From Faecalibacterium sp. CAG:74 (GTDB lineage Bacteria > Spirochaetota > Spirochaetia > Sphaerochaetales > Sphaerochaetaceae), in the NCBI GenBank assembly GCA_963638045.1, contig CAVHPV010000002.1:8-64007 (forward strand): DNA of 64,000 bases. Direction: 5' to 3'. Positions 16,406 through 25,245 of the stretch are shown one piece after another. The notes below the pieces were generated by a model that did not search any database, was not told where the DNA came from, and worked only from the letters and a program-made list of their open reading frames with translations. The position numbers and the translations under genes were made by a program. The first letter of the stretch is position 1; each line of letters opens with the position of its first letter.

Positions 16406-18577
16406 ATGGCCCAGAAGAAAATCAATTTCATGTGTACAGCCTTCAGAGACGGCTTCCAGTCCGTCTACGGTGCGAGGGTATTCACAAAAGACTTCATGCC
16501 GGCTGTTGCCGCAGCCAAGGAAGCAGGCATCAGACACTTCGAAGCAGGTGGCGGTGCAAGATTCCAGGCTCTCTACTTCTATACAAATGAAGATGCTTTC
16601 GCAATGATGGACGAATTCAGAAAGGTTGCAGGACCTGATGCCAACCTCCAGACTCTCGCACGCGGTGTCAACATCGTAGGTCTTGATTCCCAGCCGAGAG
16701 ATATGATCAAGCTCCATGCTCAGCTTTTCAAGAAGCACGGCATGACAACCATCCGTAACTTCGATGCACTCAATGATGTCAACAACCTCATCGACAGCGG
16801 TAATGCCATCCATGATGCCGGCCTCAAGCATGAGATCACAGTCACTATGATGAGTCTTCCGGAAGGCGTCAACGGCGCACACAACCCTGACTTCTATGAA
16901 AGGATCCTCAAGGAAATCCTTGCTGCAAAGATTCCTTTCGATTCTCTCTGTTTCAAGGATGCTTCAGGCACATCAACACCTCACAATGTTTATGAGACAA
17001 TCAAGAGAGCACGCAAGCTCGTCGGTCCGAACATGAACATCGTCTTCCATTCACATGAGACAGCAGGTGTTTCCATCCAGCAATACATGGCAGCTATCGA
17101 GGCAGGGGCAAACCAGCTCGACCTCTCCATGTCTCCTGTATCAGGCGGAACATGCCAGCCCGATATCATAACAATGTGGCACGCTCTCAGAGGAACTGAC
17201 TACACACTCGATATCGATATCGAGAAGGTCAGAAAGGCTGAAAGCGTATTCGAGGAATGCATGGCTGACTACTTCCTTCCTCCTGAGGCAACAAAGGTCA
17301 ACCCTGAAATTCCGTTCTTCCCGCTCCCGGGTGGCGCTCTCACTGCAAACACACAGATGCTCAGGGACAACAACCTCATGGACAAGTATCCGCAGATTGT
17401 CGCTGCAATGGGCGAGACAGTCGCAAAGGGCGGCTTCGGTACTTCCGTCACCCCTGTAAGCCAGTTCTACTTCCAGCAGGCATTCAACAACGTAATGTTC
17501 GGGCCGTGGAAGAAGTTTGCTGAAGGCTACGGAAAGATGGTTCTCGGCTACTTCGGAAAGACTCCTGTCGCTCCGGACCCGGAAGTTGTAAAGCTTGCTT
17601 CCGAGCAGCTCCACCTCGAGCCTACAACTGAGAAGGTTGTAGATATCAACGACAGAGACCCCAAGAAGGGTGTTGCTGCAGCAAAGGCTATGCTCGAGAA
17701 GGAAAACCTTCCTCTCACAGACGAAAACATCTTCATCGCTGGTGCATGTAAGGAAAAGGGTATCCTCTACCTCACAGGTAAGGCACATGTTAATGGTGTC
17801 AGACTCAAGAGCGAGATGGCTAAGGAAGAAGAGGCTAAGAAGGCTCAGGCTCCAGCTAGCAAGAAGAGCGCAAACGGCGAATACACAGTCACAGTCGGCG
17901 GCACAGCTTACGGCGTAAAGATCAGTGGCAACAAGGCTGTTGTAAACGGCAAGGAATATCCTTTGAATGTTGTTGACGGAATCAAGGCTCCAACAGCTGC
18001 AGTAAAGTCTGAGGCTAAGGAAGTCAAGAAGGTTGTCAAGACAACAGGAAGCACAGAAGTTGTTGCACCAATGCCGGGACTCGCACTGAGGTTCGAAGTC
18101 AAGGTCGGTGACACTGTCAAGAAGGACCAGGTTCTCTGTGTCATGGAAGCTATGAAGATGGAGAACGAAATCTACTCTCCATGTGACGGCGTTGTCTCAT
18201 CAATCACTGCTAACCAGGGCGACCAGCTCCAGGCAGGCGACCTCTTGATGACAATCGGAGGCTCTGTTGAAGAAGTAGTCGAAGAAGTCGTTGAGGAAGT
18301 TGTTGAAGAGCCAGTGGCTGCACCAGTTGAAGAGACAAAGGAAGAAGTTGCAGTTTCTGGAGAAGGAACAGAGGTTCTCGCACCTATGCCGGGTCTGGCA
18401 CTCAGATTCGAGGTTAAGGTCGGAGATAAGGTTGAGAAGGACCAGGTTCTCTGTGTCATGGAAGCTATGAAGATGGAAAATGAAATCTATTCTCCTGTTG
18501 CAGGCACAGTCGCATCAATCAATGTTAACCAGGGCGATCAGCTTCAGGCTGGTGACCTTTTGATGGTTATCGCATAA
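16406..18577 (+). CDS. oadA: Oxaloacetate decarboxylase alpha subunit (carboxyltransferase) with two C-terminal biotinyl domains
   Basis: 723 aa. N-terminal TIM-barrel carboxyltransferase region (FRDGFQS, HSHETAG). Two copies of [15 protein letters not shown]...[15 protein letters not shown] separated by an (EEVV)x3 linker. Confidence 0.85.
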   Translation: MAQKKINFMCTAFRDGFQSVYGARVFTKDFMPAVAAAKEAGIRHFEAGGGARFQALYFYTNEDAFAMMDEFRKVAGPDANLQTLARGVNIVGLDSQPRDMIKLHAQLFKKHGMTTIRNFDALNDVNNLIDSGNAIHDAGLKHEITVTMMSLPEGVNGAHNPDFYERILKEILAAKIPFDSLCFKDASGTSTPHNVYETIKRARKLVGPNMNIVFHSHETAGVSIQQYMAAIEAGANQLDLSMSPVSGGTCQPDIITMWHALRGTDYTLDIDIEKVRKAESVFEECMADYFLPPEATKVNPEIPFFPLPGGALTANTQMLRDNNLMDKYPQIVAAMGETVAKGGFGTSVTPVSQFYFQQAFNNVMFGPWKKFAEGYGKMVLGYFGKTPVAPDPEVVKLASEQLHLEPTTEKVVDINDRDPKKGVAAAKAMLEKENLPLTDENIFIAGACKEKGILYLTGKAHVNGVRLKSEMAKEEEAKKAQAPASKKSANGEYTVTVGGTAYGVKISGNKAVVNGKEYPLNVVDGIKAPTAAVKSEAKEVKKVVKTTGSTEVVAPMPGLALRFEVKVGDTVKKDQVLCVMEAMKMENEIYSPCDGVVSSITANQGDQLQAGDLLMTIGGSVEEVVEEVVEEVVEEPVAAPVEETKEEVAVSGEGTEVLAPMPGLALRFEVKVGDKVEKDQVLCVMEAMKMENEIYSPVAGTVASINVNQGDQLQAGDLLMVIA

Positions 18578-18587
18578 GGGAAAGGAT

Positions 18588-19823
18588 ATGTCAGATATTC
18601 TAAACGGATTTGTACAGCTCTGGTATTCAACCGGGCTCTATGGTTTTCTCACTGTAGAGAAAGGCTGGGGTATGGCCCTCATGATTCTTGTCGGCTTCCT
18701 CCTTCTCTACCTTGCTATAAAGAAGGGCTTCGAGCCACTGCTTCTCGTTCCAATCGGAATGGGATGTATCCTCTCGAACATTCCTCTTGCATACATTGCA
18801 AGTGTTGACCCCAACAGCACATTCGCAGCTACAGGATTCATCAAGATTCTCTATGATGCAGGTATTGAGTCAGGACTCTTCCCAGTTCTCATCTTCATGG
18901 GTGTCGGTGCTATGACAGACTTCGGCCCGCTTATCGCAAACCCGAAGACACTGCTTCTCGGTGCTGCTGCACAGCTTGGTATCTTCGTTGCACTCATCGG
19001 AGCCATGCTTCTTGCATACATCCCGGGAATCAACTTCACACTCAATGTAGCATCCTCCATCGGTATCATCGGTGGTGCTGACGGTCCTACCGCCATCTAT
19101 GTAACATCGCGTCTTGCTCCGAGCTACCTCGGCTCGATTGCCGTTGCCGCATACTCATACATGGCACTCGTTCCTGTCATCCAGCCACCTATCATGAAGG
19201 CTTTGACAAGTGTTGAAGAGAGAAAGATTAGAATGCAACAGCTCAGACCTGTCAGCAAGACAGAGAAGATCATCTTCCCGATTCTTGTTATCACACTCTG
19301 CGGTATTCTCCTCCCGTCAGCTGTACCTCTCATGGGTTCACTCATGTTCGGTAACCTTGCAAAAGAATGTGGAGTTCTCGGTAGACTTGCCGACACAATG
19401 AGTAACGCACTCATGAACACGGTAACTATCTTCCTCGGACTCTCCGTCGGTTCCAAGATGGCTGCAGACAAGTTCCTCAACCTCGAGACACTCGGTATTC
19501 TCTTACTCGGTGCTGTCGCATTCGGTTTCGGAACAGCAGGTGGTGTCCTTCTCGGAAAGCTCATGAACAAGCTCGATCCGAAGCACCCGATCAACCCGCT
19601 CATCGGAGCAGCCGGTGTCTCTGCCGTTCCTATGGCTGCACGTGTTGCATCCAAGGTCGGCCAGGAAGCAGATACCCAGAACTTCCTTCTCATGCATGCA
19701 ATGGGCCCGAACGTCTCCGGCGTTATCGGAAGTGCAGTTGCAGCAGGTGTCCTGCTTGCAGTTGTCCCAAGCATGATGGAGACTATCTCCCCACTGCTTG
19801 CAGGTTTCCAGGTTGTGATGTAA
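18588..19823 (+). CDS. oadB: Oxaloacetate decarboxylase beta subunit (Na+ pump)
   Basis: 411 aa polytopic membrane protein. GADGPTAIY and FGNL motifs typical of OadB/GcdB/MmdB Na+-translocating decarboxylase subunits. Confidence 0.85.
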   Translation: MSDILNGFVQLWYSTGLYGFLTVEKGWGMALMILVGFLLLYLAIKKGFEPLLLVPIGMGCILSNIPLAYIASVDPNSTFAATGFIKILYDAGIESGLFPVLIFMGVGAMTDFGPLIANPKTLLLGAAAQLGIFVALIGAMLLAYIPGINFTLNVASSIGIIGGADGPTAIYVTSRLAPSYLGSIAVAAYSYMALVPVIQPPIMKALTSVEERKIRMQQLRPVSKTEKIIFPILVITLCGILLPSAVPLMGSLMFGNLAKECGVLGRLADTMSNALMNTVTIFLGLSVGSKMAADKFLNLETLGILLLGAVAFGFGTAGGVLLGKLMNKLDPKHPINPLIGAAGVSAVPMAARVASKVGQEADTQNFLLMHAMGPNVSGVIGSAVAAGVLLAVVPSMMETISPLLAGFQVVM

Positions 19824-19843
19824 TCTTGAAACATGGAGTTGAT

Positions 19844-19874
19844 AATCCCTCTGAGAGAATCAGGGGGATTTTCT
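19844..19874 (+). terminator. Rho-independent terminator after oadB
   Basis: AATCCCTCTGA-gagaa-TCAGGGGGATT (one G-U pair) followed by TTTTC. Confidence 0.6.
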
Positions 19875-20546
19875 TTGCCTCATTCTACGATTATCATCCA
19901 GTGGCAAGCATTCTGCCCTCGTGAAGAAACACAAAGAATGAAATGCTGGTATCGCTCTCTGATCATAAGCAGTCTAGCCCTATCAAGTACCATGACAGTG
20001 ACTTGCCTCCAATATTCTTGGGCTTATCTCGCGATTGGGGAATACTGTATCTGCTCATCCTGTCCTCTTTGGACATGAGAAAAACACCCCGTCTTGTTGG
20101 AGTGTACACAACGCTATAAAAGAGACACAAAACCACGATTAAGGGGAGAAGCCATCGGGATTAGAGGGAGACACTCCAACTTCCAGATTTCCGGTATAAA
20201 GCAAGCGTAGTCACTCAGCAGAGCTTTATAGGAACAAGCACAGCTCCATGTAGATGAATATGTCATGTGTATTAACCTGAATGGAGTTGCATCATCAATC
20301 ATTATATATACAAGTGGCCGGACTGAAGGGAGGCCGAATAGTATGTGCATAGGTGGTTGGCCTAGAAGCATAGGCAAGGCCTCTTTCCTTATGTACAACA
20401 AGTGAACCATAGGCTTCCTCGTTATGTATGTACAACAAATGCATGGTAGGTTCCATGTAGCTTTTAGTGCTGAGATAGCTCTGTCAGGCCTTGATTTGCG
20501 CTTAAAAATCGAGAAAAAAAGCGTATTTTGGGGAATGAGAAACAAA

Positions 20547-20684
20547 TTATCGCAGTATTTCTGAGTAAAAAAGCCGATTTATCGCAGTTTTAATTTAAGA
20601 TTTTCAGAAAATATCGCAGTTTTTAGAGTTATAATTCTAAAATTATTGCAGTTTCTGTTTGCTTTTTTTCTAAATTATCGTATT
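20547..20684. repeat. Five decamer repeats phased at exactly 32 bp (iteron-like array)
   Basis: TTATCGCAGT at 20547 and 20579, ATATCGCAGT at 20611, TTATTGCAGT at 20643, TTATCGTATT at 20675. The intervening 22 bp are AT-rich and not conserved. Confidence 0.85.
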
Positions 20685-20692
20685 CTCCAAGT

Positions 20693-22051
20693 ATGGATAT
20701 TCAGTTAATCGAGACAGCTATTCAAGAGCAGCGAAGGGAATTTATTACTTCTATTAAGAGAAATTACTGTTCCAGACCTGAAGAAAATCTGGTAGATATC
20801 AACAGTAGCATGGCCCAGGTAATAATCGGAATAAGGCGAAGCGGGAAGTCTTCCTTATGCTTTAATATCATAAAGAAGTCCGGAATAAACTATGCATATA
20901 TCAACTTTGATGATGAACGTCTTTCATCAATAAAGGCTGAAGACCTGAACAGGATTCTTGAAAGCCTGTACAAAATCTATGGGGACTTCGATCATCTCTT
21001 CATCGATGAGATACAGAATATCGACGAGTGGTATCTTTTTGTAAACAGACTTCTCAGGACGGGGATGCATATTCTCATAACAGGTTCAAATGCAAGACTC
21101 CTCAGCGGGGAACTGGCAACACATCTCACCGGAAGACATATGAAAACCGAGCTCTTTCCATTTTCATTCAATGAATACTGTGAGTATAAGAATATAAGCA
21201 CACAGCATGATACTACAAAGGAAAAAGGAATGTTGCAGGCTGCCTTTGATTCTTATCTTGTTGACGGCGGCTTTCCAGAGCTGATCGAAAGCAGAAGAAA
21301 GCAGACATATATAAATACTCTTGTAGACAGCATCATCAAGAAAGATATCGAAAAGAGGTATTCCATTCTATATAAAGCAGCCTTCGAGAATATTGCACAG
21401 CATCTATTGAATAATGCACCTTCAAAGATTAACTATAAGGAGTTGAAAGATACTTTCGGGTTGAAATCAGACCATACAGCAGAAAACTATGTCAGCTATA
21501 CAAAAAATGCTTACCTTATATGCCAGGTCAAGAAATTTTCATTCAAGAGCAGAATCAGGATCCACTCAGAGAAGGCCTACGCTGTTGACGTGGCATTCAT
21601 GAACAACAGGGAGAATGCAATGCAGGGGGAGAATCTCGGCTGGAGACTGGAGACCATTGTCTATATAGAGCTTCTGAGGCGTTACAGGCCGCAGGAATGC
21701 GACATCTACTACTTTGAGGAAAACTCCTATGAAGCCGATTTTGTTGTATGCAGGGGAAGAAATGTTCTCCAGATTATCCAGGTATCCTACGACATATCAA
21801 ACAAAAAGACCCTATTGAGAGAAAAGAGGGGACTTCTTGCAGCATCAAAAGCCACCGGATGCAACAACCTTCTGCTAATTACACAATATGACGACACACA
21901 ATTATCCGAGAACGGCAAGACCATCCGTGTAATACCTGCATATAGATGGCTGACAGAAAGAGAGATGATGATTTACTTCGACAAAAACTTCGGATGCACT
22001 CGAGATTGTATGAAAGGCCCGAAAGTGGTTACCCCGGGCCTAAATCTATGA
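20693..22051 (+). CDS. AAA-family ATPase with C-terminal DUF4143 domain (COG1373-type)
   Basis: 452 aa. Walker A GIRRSGKSS, Walker B HLFIDEIQ. The C-terminal half matches the pattern of DUF4143 (restriction-endonuclease-like) proteins. Confidence 0.7.
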   Translation: MDIQLIETAIQEQRREFITSIKRNYCSRPEENLVDINSSMAQVIIGIRRSGKSSLCFNIIKKSGINYAYINFDDERLSSIKAEDLNRILESLYKIYGDFDHLFIDEIQNIDEWYLFVNRLLRTGMHILITGSNARLLSGELATHLTGRHMKTELFPFSFNEYCEYKNISTQHDTTKEKGMLQAAFDSYLVDGGFPELIESRRKQTYINTLVDSIIKKDIEKRYSILYKAAFENIAQHLLNNAPSKINYKELKDTFGLKSDHTAENYVSYTKNAYLICQVKKFSFKSRIRIHSEKAYAVDVAFMNNRENAMQGENLGWRLETIVYIELLRRYRPQECDIYYFEENSYEADFVVCRGRNVLQIIQVSYDISNKKTLLREKRGLLAASKATGCNNLLLITQYDDTQLSENGKTIRVIPAYRWLTEREMMIYFDKNFGCTRDCMKGPKVVTPGLNL

Positions 22052-22061
22052 TAAGGGAGAA

Positions 22062-23837
22062 TCAGATTACGTTGTATTGTTTGAGTATCTTCTCGATATC
22101 TGTTCCCTTGATCTTCTCCATCACCTTCTTGAGTGCTAAGCGCTCAATCCAGTTGAATTGCATGTCTGTGAGCTTCTTGCCGTCTCTGAGCTTAACGGAT
22201 GCATCCATGAGAGCTCTCACGTCGTATACACTTCCCCAGACTTCCGGGACTCCTCTGTCGATATTGAGAAGGGTATATACGCTCTCCATACCTGTACGCA
22301 TTGAGTACTCGGTTGTAAAGATTGTGTCTCTCTTTGTCTCTGCAAACTGTCCGAGGAATGCGAAGTTCACTGCGCCCTCCGGCACTACATCCGGCCTGTC
22401 GCCATAAGAGCGTGGCATGAAGAATGCATCGATATAAGGCATCATGACTGGAACTGTGTTGGCGTGGTTGGAGGCCATCTCCTCTATCTGGTCTACCGGT
22501 ACCCCGATATGATAGAGCCATTCCTCACAGATTTCCTTACCAGTACATTCCCTCATCGGTTTTTTGATATAGTCTCCTTCCTTGTTCGTGAAGAGAGAAT
22601 ATACCCATACAAGACAATGATCCTTAGGCTGTTCTCTGAACTGTGGCTGACGGTTGATTGTCCAGCTCATGAGCCATGAGGAATCCTTGACTGTGACAAT
22701 ACCTCCGGTAACAACCTTGCCGGAAAGCGGGTCTCTCTTGCATATGTTCTTTATGTAAGGAAGAATCCTGTCATCCAATGTCTCGACAGTTGCACTCATC
22801 CAGTTGGTCTGTTCAGGGTCATAGATAAACTTGTCCGGGTGTCCGAAAGCCGGATCCTGGGCAGCAATCTTACGCCACATATCCCATCCGCCACCTTCCT
22901 TGATTTCGGTGTTGTATGGTGCCTTCTCGTTCTGGCTTCCCATACTCGAGTTCTCGACACATCCTCCATTGGTGATGAAAACAAGGTCATTCTCCGTAAG
23001 GTCAATCTTGTCCTTCTTGCCGTCAACTATGATATCTATACGCTGGGCGACCTTCTTTGAAGGAGTGCACTTGAACTCAACGTTTGTAACATGTACTCCA
23101 TAGTGGAACTGGACTCCTCTTTCCTCTAGCCACTTCACCATAGGAAGAATCATTGACTCATATTGGTTGTACTTTGTGAAGCGGAGTGCCTTAAAGTCCG
23201 GAAGTCCCCCGATATGATGAATGAATCTCTGGATGTAGAGCTTCATCTCGAGTGCACTGTGCCAGTTCTCAAAAGCAAACATTGTCCGCCAATAGAGCCA
23301 GAAGTTGGATGAGAGAACCTCATCATCGAAGTAGTCTGTGATCTTCTTGTCCTGAAGTTCCTCATTAGGTGTGAAGAAGAGCTTCATGATTTCCATAGCA
23401 CCCTTGTCCGATATATCGAACTTGCCGTCAGTATGGGCATCCTTACCCTGGTTTACAGTTGCACGGCAGAGTGAGTAGTTGGGGTCGGCCTTGTTAAGCC
23501 AATAATATTCATCAAGTACGCTGACTCCCTCAGTCTCGATTGAAGGGATGGATCTGAAGAGATCCCACATGACTTCAAAGTGGTTATCCATCTCTCTCCC
23601 ACCGCGCATGACGTAGCCGACATTCTCGAATTTCCAGCCGTCGCATGCTCCGCCTGCTGTCTGTCCCTTTTCAAGAATATGGACCTTCTCGCCCTTCATC
23701 TGGCCGTCTCTGACAAGATAGCATGCTGCTGTCAATGCTGCCAGTCCGCTCCCCACGATATAAGCCGACTTATGGTCAACGCCTTCCGGCTTACGTGGCC
23801 TTGCAAATGCTTCGTAGTTACCGCTTGAATAATACAT
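22062..23837 (-). CDS. ohyA: Oleate hydratase (MCRA family, FAD-dependent)
   Basis: MYYSSGNYEAFARPRKPEGVDHKSAYIVGSGLAALTAACYLVRDG is the canonical MCRA N-terminus with a FAD fold. Start set at the second ATG, which has proper SD (GGAGG) spacing. Confidence 0.9.
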   Translation of the reverse strand: MYYSSGNYEAFARPRKPEGVDHKSAYIVGSGLAALTAACYLVRDGQMKGEKVHILEKGQTAGGACDGWKFENVGYVMRGGREMDNHFEVMWDLFRSIPSIETEGVSVLDEYYWLNKADPNYSLCRATVNQGKDAHTDGKFDISDKGAMEIMKLFFTPNEELQDKKITDYFDDEVLSSNFWLYWRTMFAFENWHSALEMKLYIQRFIHHIGGLPDFKALRFTKYNQYESMILPMVKWLEERGVQFHYGVHVTNVEFKCTPSKKVAQRIDIIVDGKKDKIDLTENDLVFITNGGCVENSSMGSQNEKAPYNTEIKEGGGWDMWRKIAAQDPAFGHPDKFIYDPEQTNWMSATVETLDDRILPYIKNICKRDPLSGKVVTGGIVTVKDSSWLMSWTINRQPQFREQPKDHCLVWVYSLFTNKEGDYIKKPMRECTGKEICEEWLYHIGVPVDQIEEMASNHANTVPVMMPYIDAFFMPRSYGDRPDVVPEGAVNFAFLGQFAETKRDTIFTTEYSMRTGMESVYTLLNIDRGVPEVWGSVYDVRALMDASVKLRDGKKLTDMQFNWIERLALKKVMEKIKGTDIEKILKQYNVI

Positions 23838-23952
23838 ATTCATGCCTCCATATATTTAGTAACCACAAGCTAATAAGAAAATAGGGAAAGGCAAATTTAC
23901 AATAAAATCCGAGTGTTCAACTTTTAATCAAACAGGCTTAAATGTAAGAAAA

Positions 23953-24510
23953 TCAACCGACACGGAATCTCTCGAGAGCACATTTGAAGCTTCCGCGGAC
24001 GACATTGTCCAGGTTGGCGATTATCTCTTTCGGATCCTGGAGCATATCGCCACTGATCCAATCAAGCATGACACCGACAAAGGCGTACTTGTATATGTTG
24101 GCGATAAAAACCTTATCCTCCTCTCTTACCACCATCCCCTTCGCCTCCTCGTCAACCACTCCCTTAAGGAGGTCAAATGTAAGCCGGAAAAGATAATTTT
24201 CAATCTGCTCTCTGCTGACAGAGTGATAGACATTGAGAATAAAGGGCTTATTCTCCCTTACAGCCTCAAAGATCTGAAGAAAGCCCTCCTGCCAGTTATC
24301 GTAGTGTTTTTTTCCTTCCAGGGCACGGGACGCATCCTCGTAGCATGACCACTCCACAAGCTCATATACATCTTTGAAGTGGTAGTAGAAGGTCATACGG
24401 CTTATCCCGCAATCTTCCGTGATATCAGTGACGGTAATGCGGGAGAGACTCTTCTCGAGTAGTAACTTTTTCAATGACTGCTCTAAAGCTAATTTCGTCA
24501 GCTGGCTCAT
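23953..24510 (-). CDS. TetR/AcrR-family transcriptional regulator (DhaS-like)
   Basis: HTH ITVTDITEDCGISRMTFYYHFKDVYELVEW. 185 aa. Adjacent to the oleate hydratase gene. Confidence 0.8.
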   Translation of the reverse strand: MSQLTKLALEQSLKKLLLEKSLSRITVTDITEDCGISRMTFYYHFKDVYELVEWSCYEDASRALEGKKHYDNWQEGFLQIFEAVRENKPFILNVYHSVSREQIENYLFRLTFDLLKGVVDEEAKGMVVREEDKVFIANIYKYAFVGVMLDWISGDMLQDPKEIIANLDNVVRGSFKCALERFRVG

Positions 24511-24609
24511 ACCAGAATAATAACAGATGAAAGGGAAATCGGAAAGAAAACAGTATGCTCTTTTCTTCCATCTTCTGTATAATGAATGTATTACATAGAG
24601 GAGCCGATT

Positions 24610-25101
24610 ATGAGTGACAAGAGAAAGGATTATATAAGCTGGGACGAGTATTTCATGGGAGTGGCAGTGCTGTCATCCATGAGAAGCAAGGACCCGAATA
24701 CACAGGTAGGGGCATGCATCGTCTCTGCCGACAGGAAGATTATAGGAGTCGGGTACAACGGTTTCCCCTCAGGCTGCAGTGATGACGATCTGCCATGGGC
24801 ACGCACCGGGGACTGGGGACAGACGAAATACCCGTATGTCTGCCATGCCGAGCTCAATGCCATCCTCAATGCCAACAATCCCGCAGCGCTGAAAGGTGCT
24901 ACTCTCTATGTTGCTCTCTTTCCTTGCAATGAATGTGCCAAAGCTGTCATCCAAAGCGGGATAAAAAAAATAATATACCTTTCCGATAAGTACAGGGACA
25001 GTGATGCGACAAAGGCAAGCAAGCGTATGCTTGATGCAGCAGGTGTCGTCTACCATCATCTGGAGACAGACAGGAAAGAGCTGACAATAAGTCTCACGTA
25101 G
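24610..25101 (+). CDS. dCMP deaminase (ComEB-type cytidine/deoxycytidylate deaminase)
   Basis: Zinc motifs CHAELNA and PCNECAK. Start at MSDKRKDY, preceded by AGAGGAG. Confidence 0.85.
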   Translation: MSDKRKDYISWDEYFMGVAVLSSMRSKDPNTQVGACIVSADRKIIGVGYNGFPSGCSDDDLPWARTGDWGQTKYPYVCHAELNAILNANNPAALKGATLYVALFPCNECAKAVIQSGIKKIIYLSDKYRDSDATKASKRMLDAAGVVYHHLETDRKELTISLT

Positions 25102-25245
25102 TGTTCAGCTTCCCGCATCAGAATCTAATTCTCCTTTACAAAACTCCCGTATCAATGGAAAATGATAGTTAGGTTGGTATCACAGACCGCTGCCACGCCA
25201 GACAGAAGCTAAGGGACCTCCTTTAAAAATAAGGAGAGGGTATTT

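Noticed and set aside
16244-19834. Long antisense ORFs inside oadA/oadB (for example 16244-16882, 17141-17788, 19124-19834), and similar ones inside the exonuclease, GH36, AOR, glnA and feoB genes
   Set aside because: These are shadow ORFs on the opposite strand of genes with strong motif support. They have low-complexity or Ser/Cys/Arg-rich translations and no SDs.
20114-20545. 143-aa minus-strand ORF (and the 81-aa plus-strand ORF at 19833-20078) in the long gap
   Set aside because: There is no SD, the composition is odd (Cys/Trp/Tyr-rich, no recognisable motif), and the ORFs overlap the repeat-rich non-coding sequence. I treat them as chance ORFs.
20547-20684. CRISPR array or DnaA-box cluster (oriC)
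   Set aside because: Only about 10-13 bp of each 32-bp unit is conserved, there are just five units, and there are no cas genes, so this is not a CRISPR array. TTATCGCAG differs from the DnaA box TTATCCACA at four of nine positions, and no dnaA or dnaN is nearby.
19835-20690. tRNA, tmRNA, RNase P or SRP RNA in the long intergenic regions (also 48035-48350 and 31810-32185)
   Set aside because: None of the signature sequences are present: GTTCGAATC-type T-arm, GAGGAAAGTCC, the SRP GGAA-tetraloop domain, or a tmRNA tag ORF with CCA end.
25102-25245. Moco riboswitch upstream of the molybdoenzyme gene
   Set aside because: I could only see a possible SD-sequestering CCTCCTT/AAGGAGA pairing. I could not find the conserved Moco-motif core by eye. 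This needs an Rfam scan before any claim.
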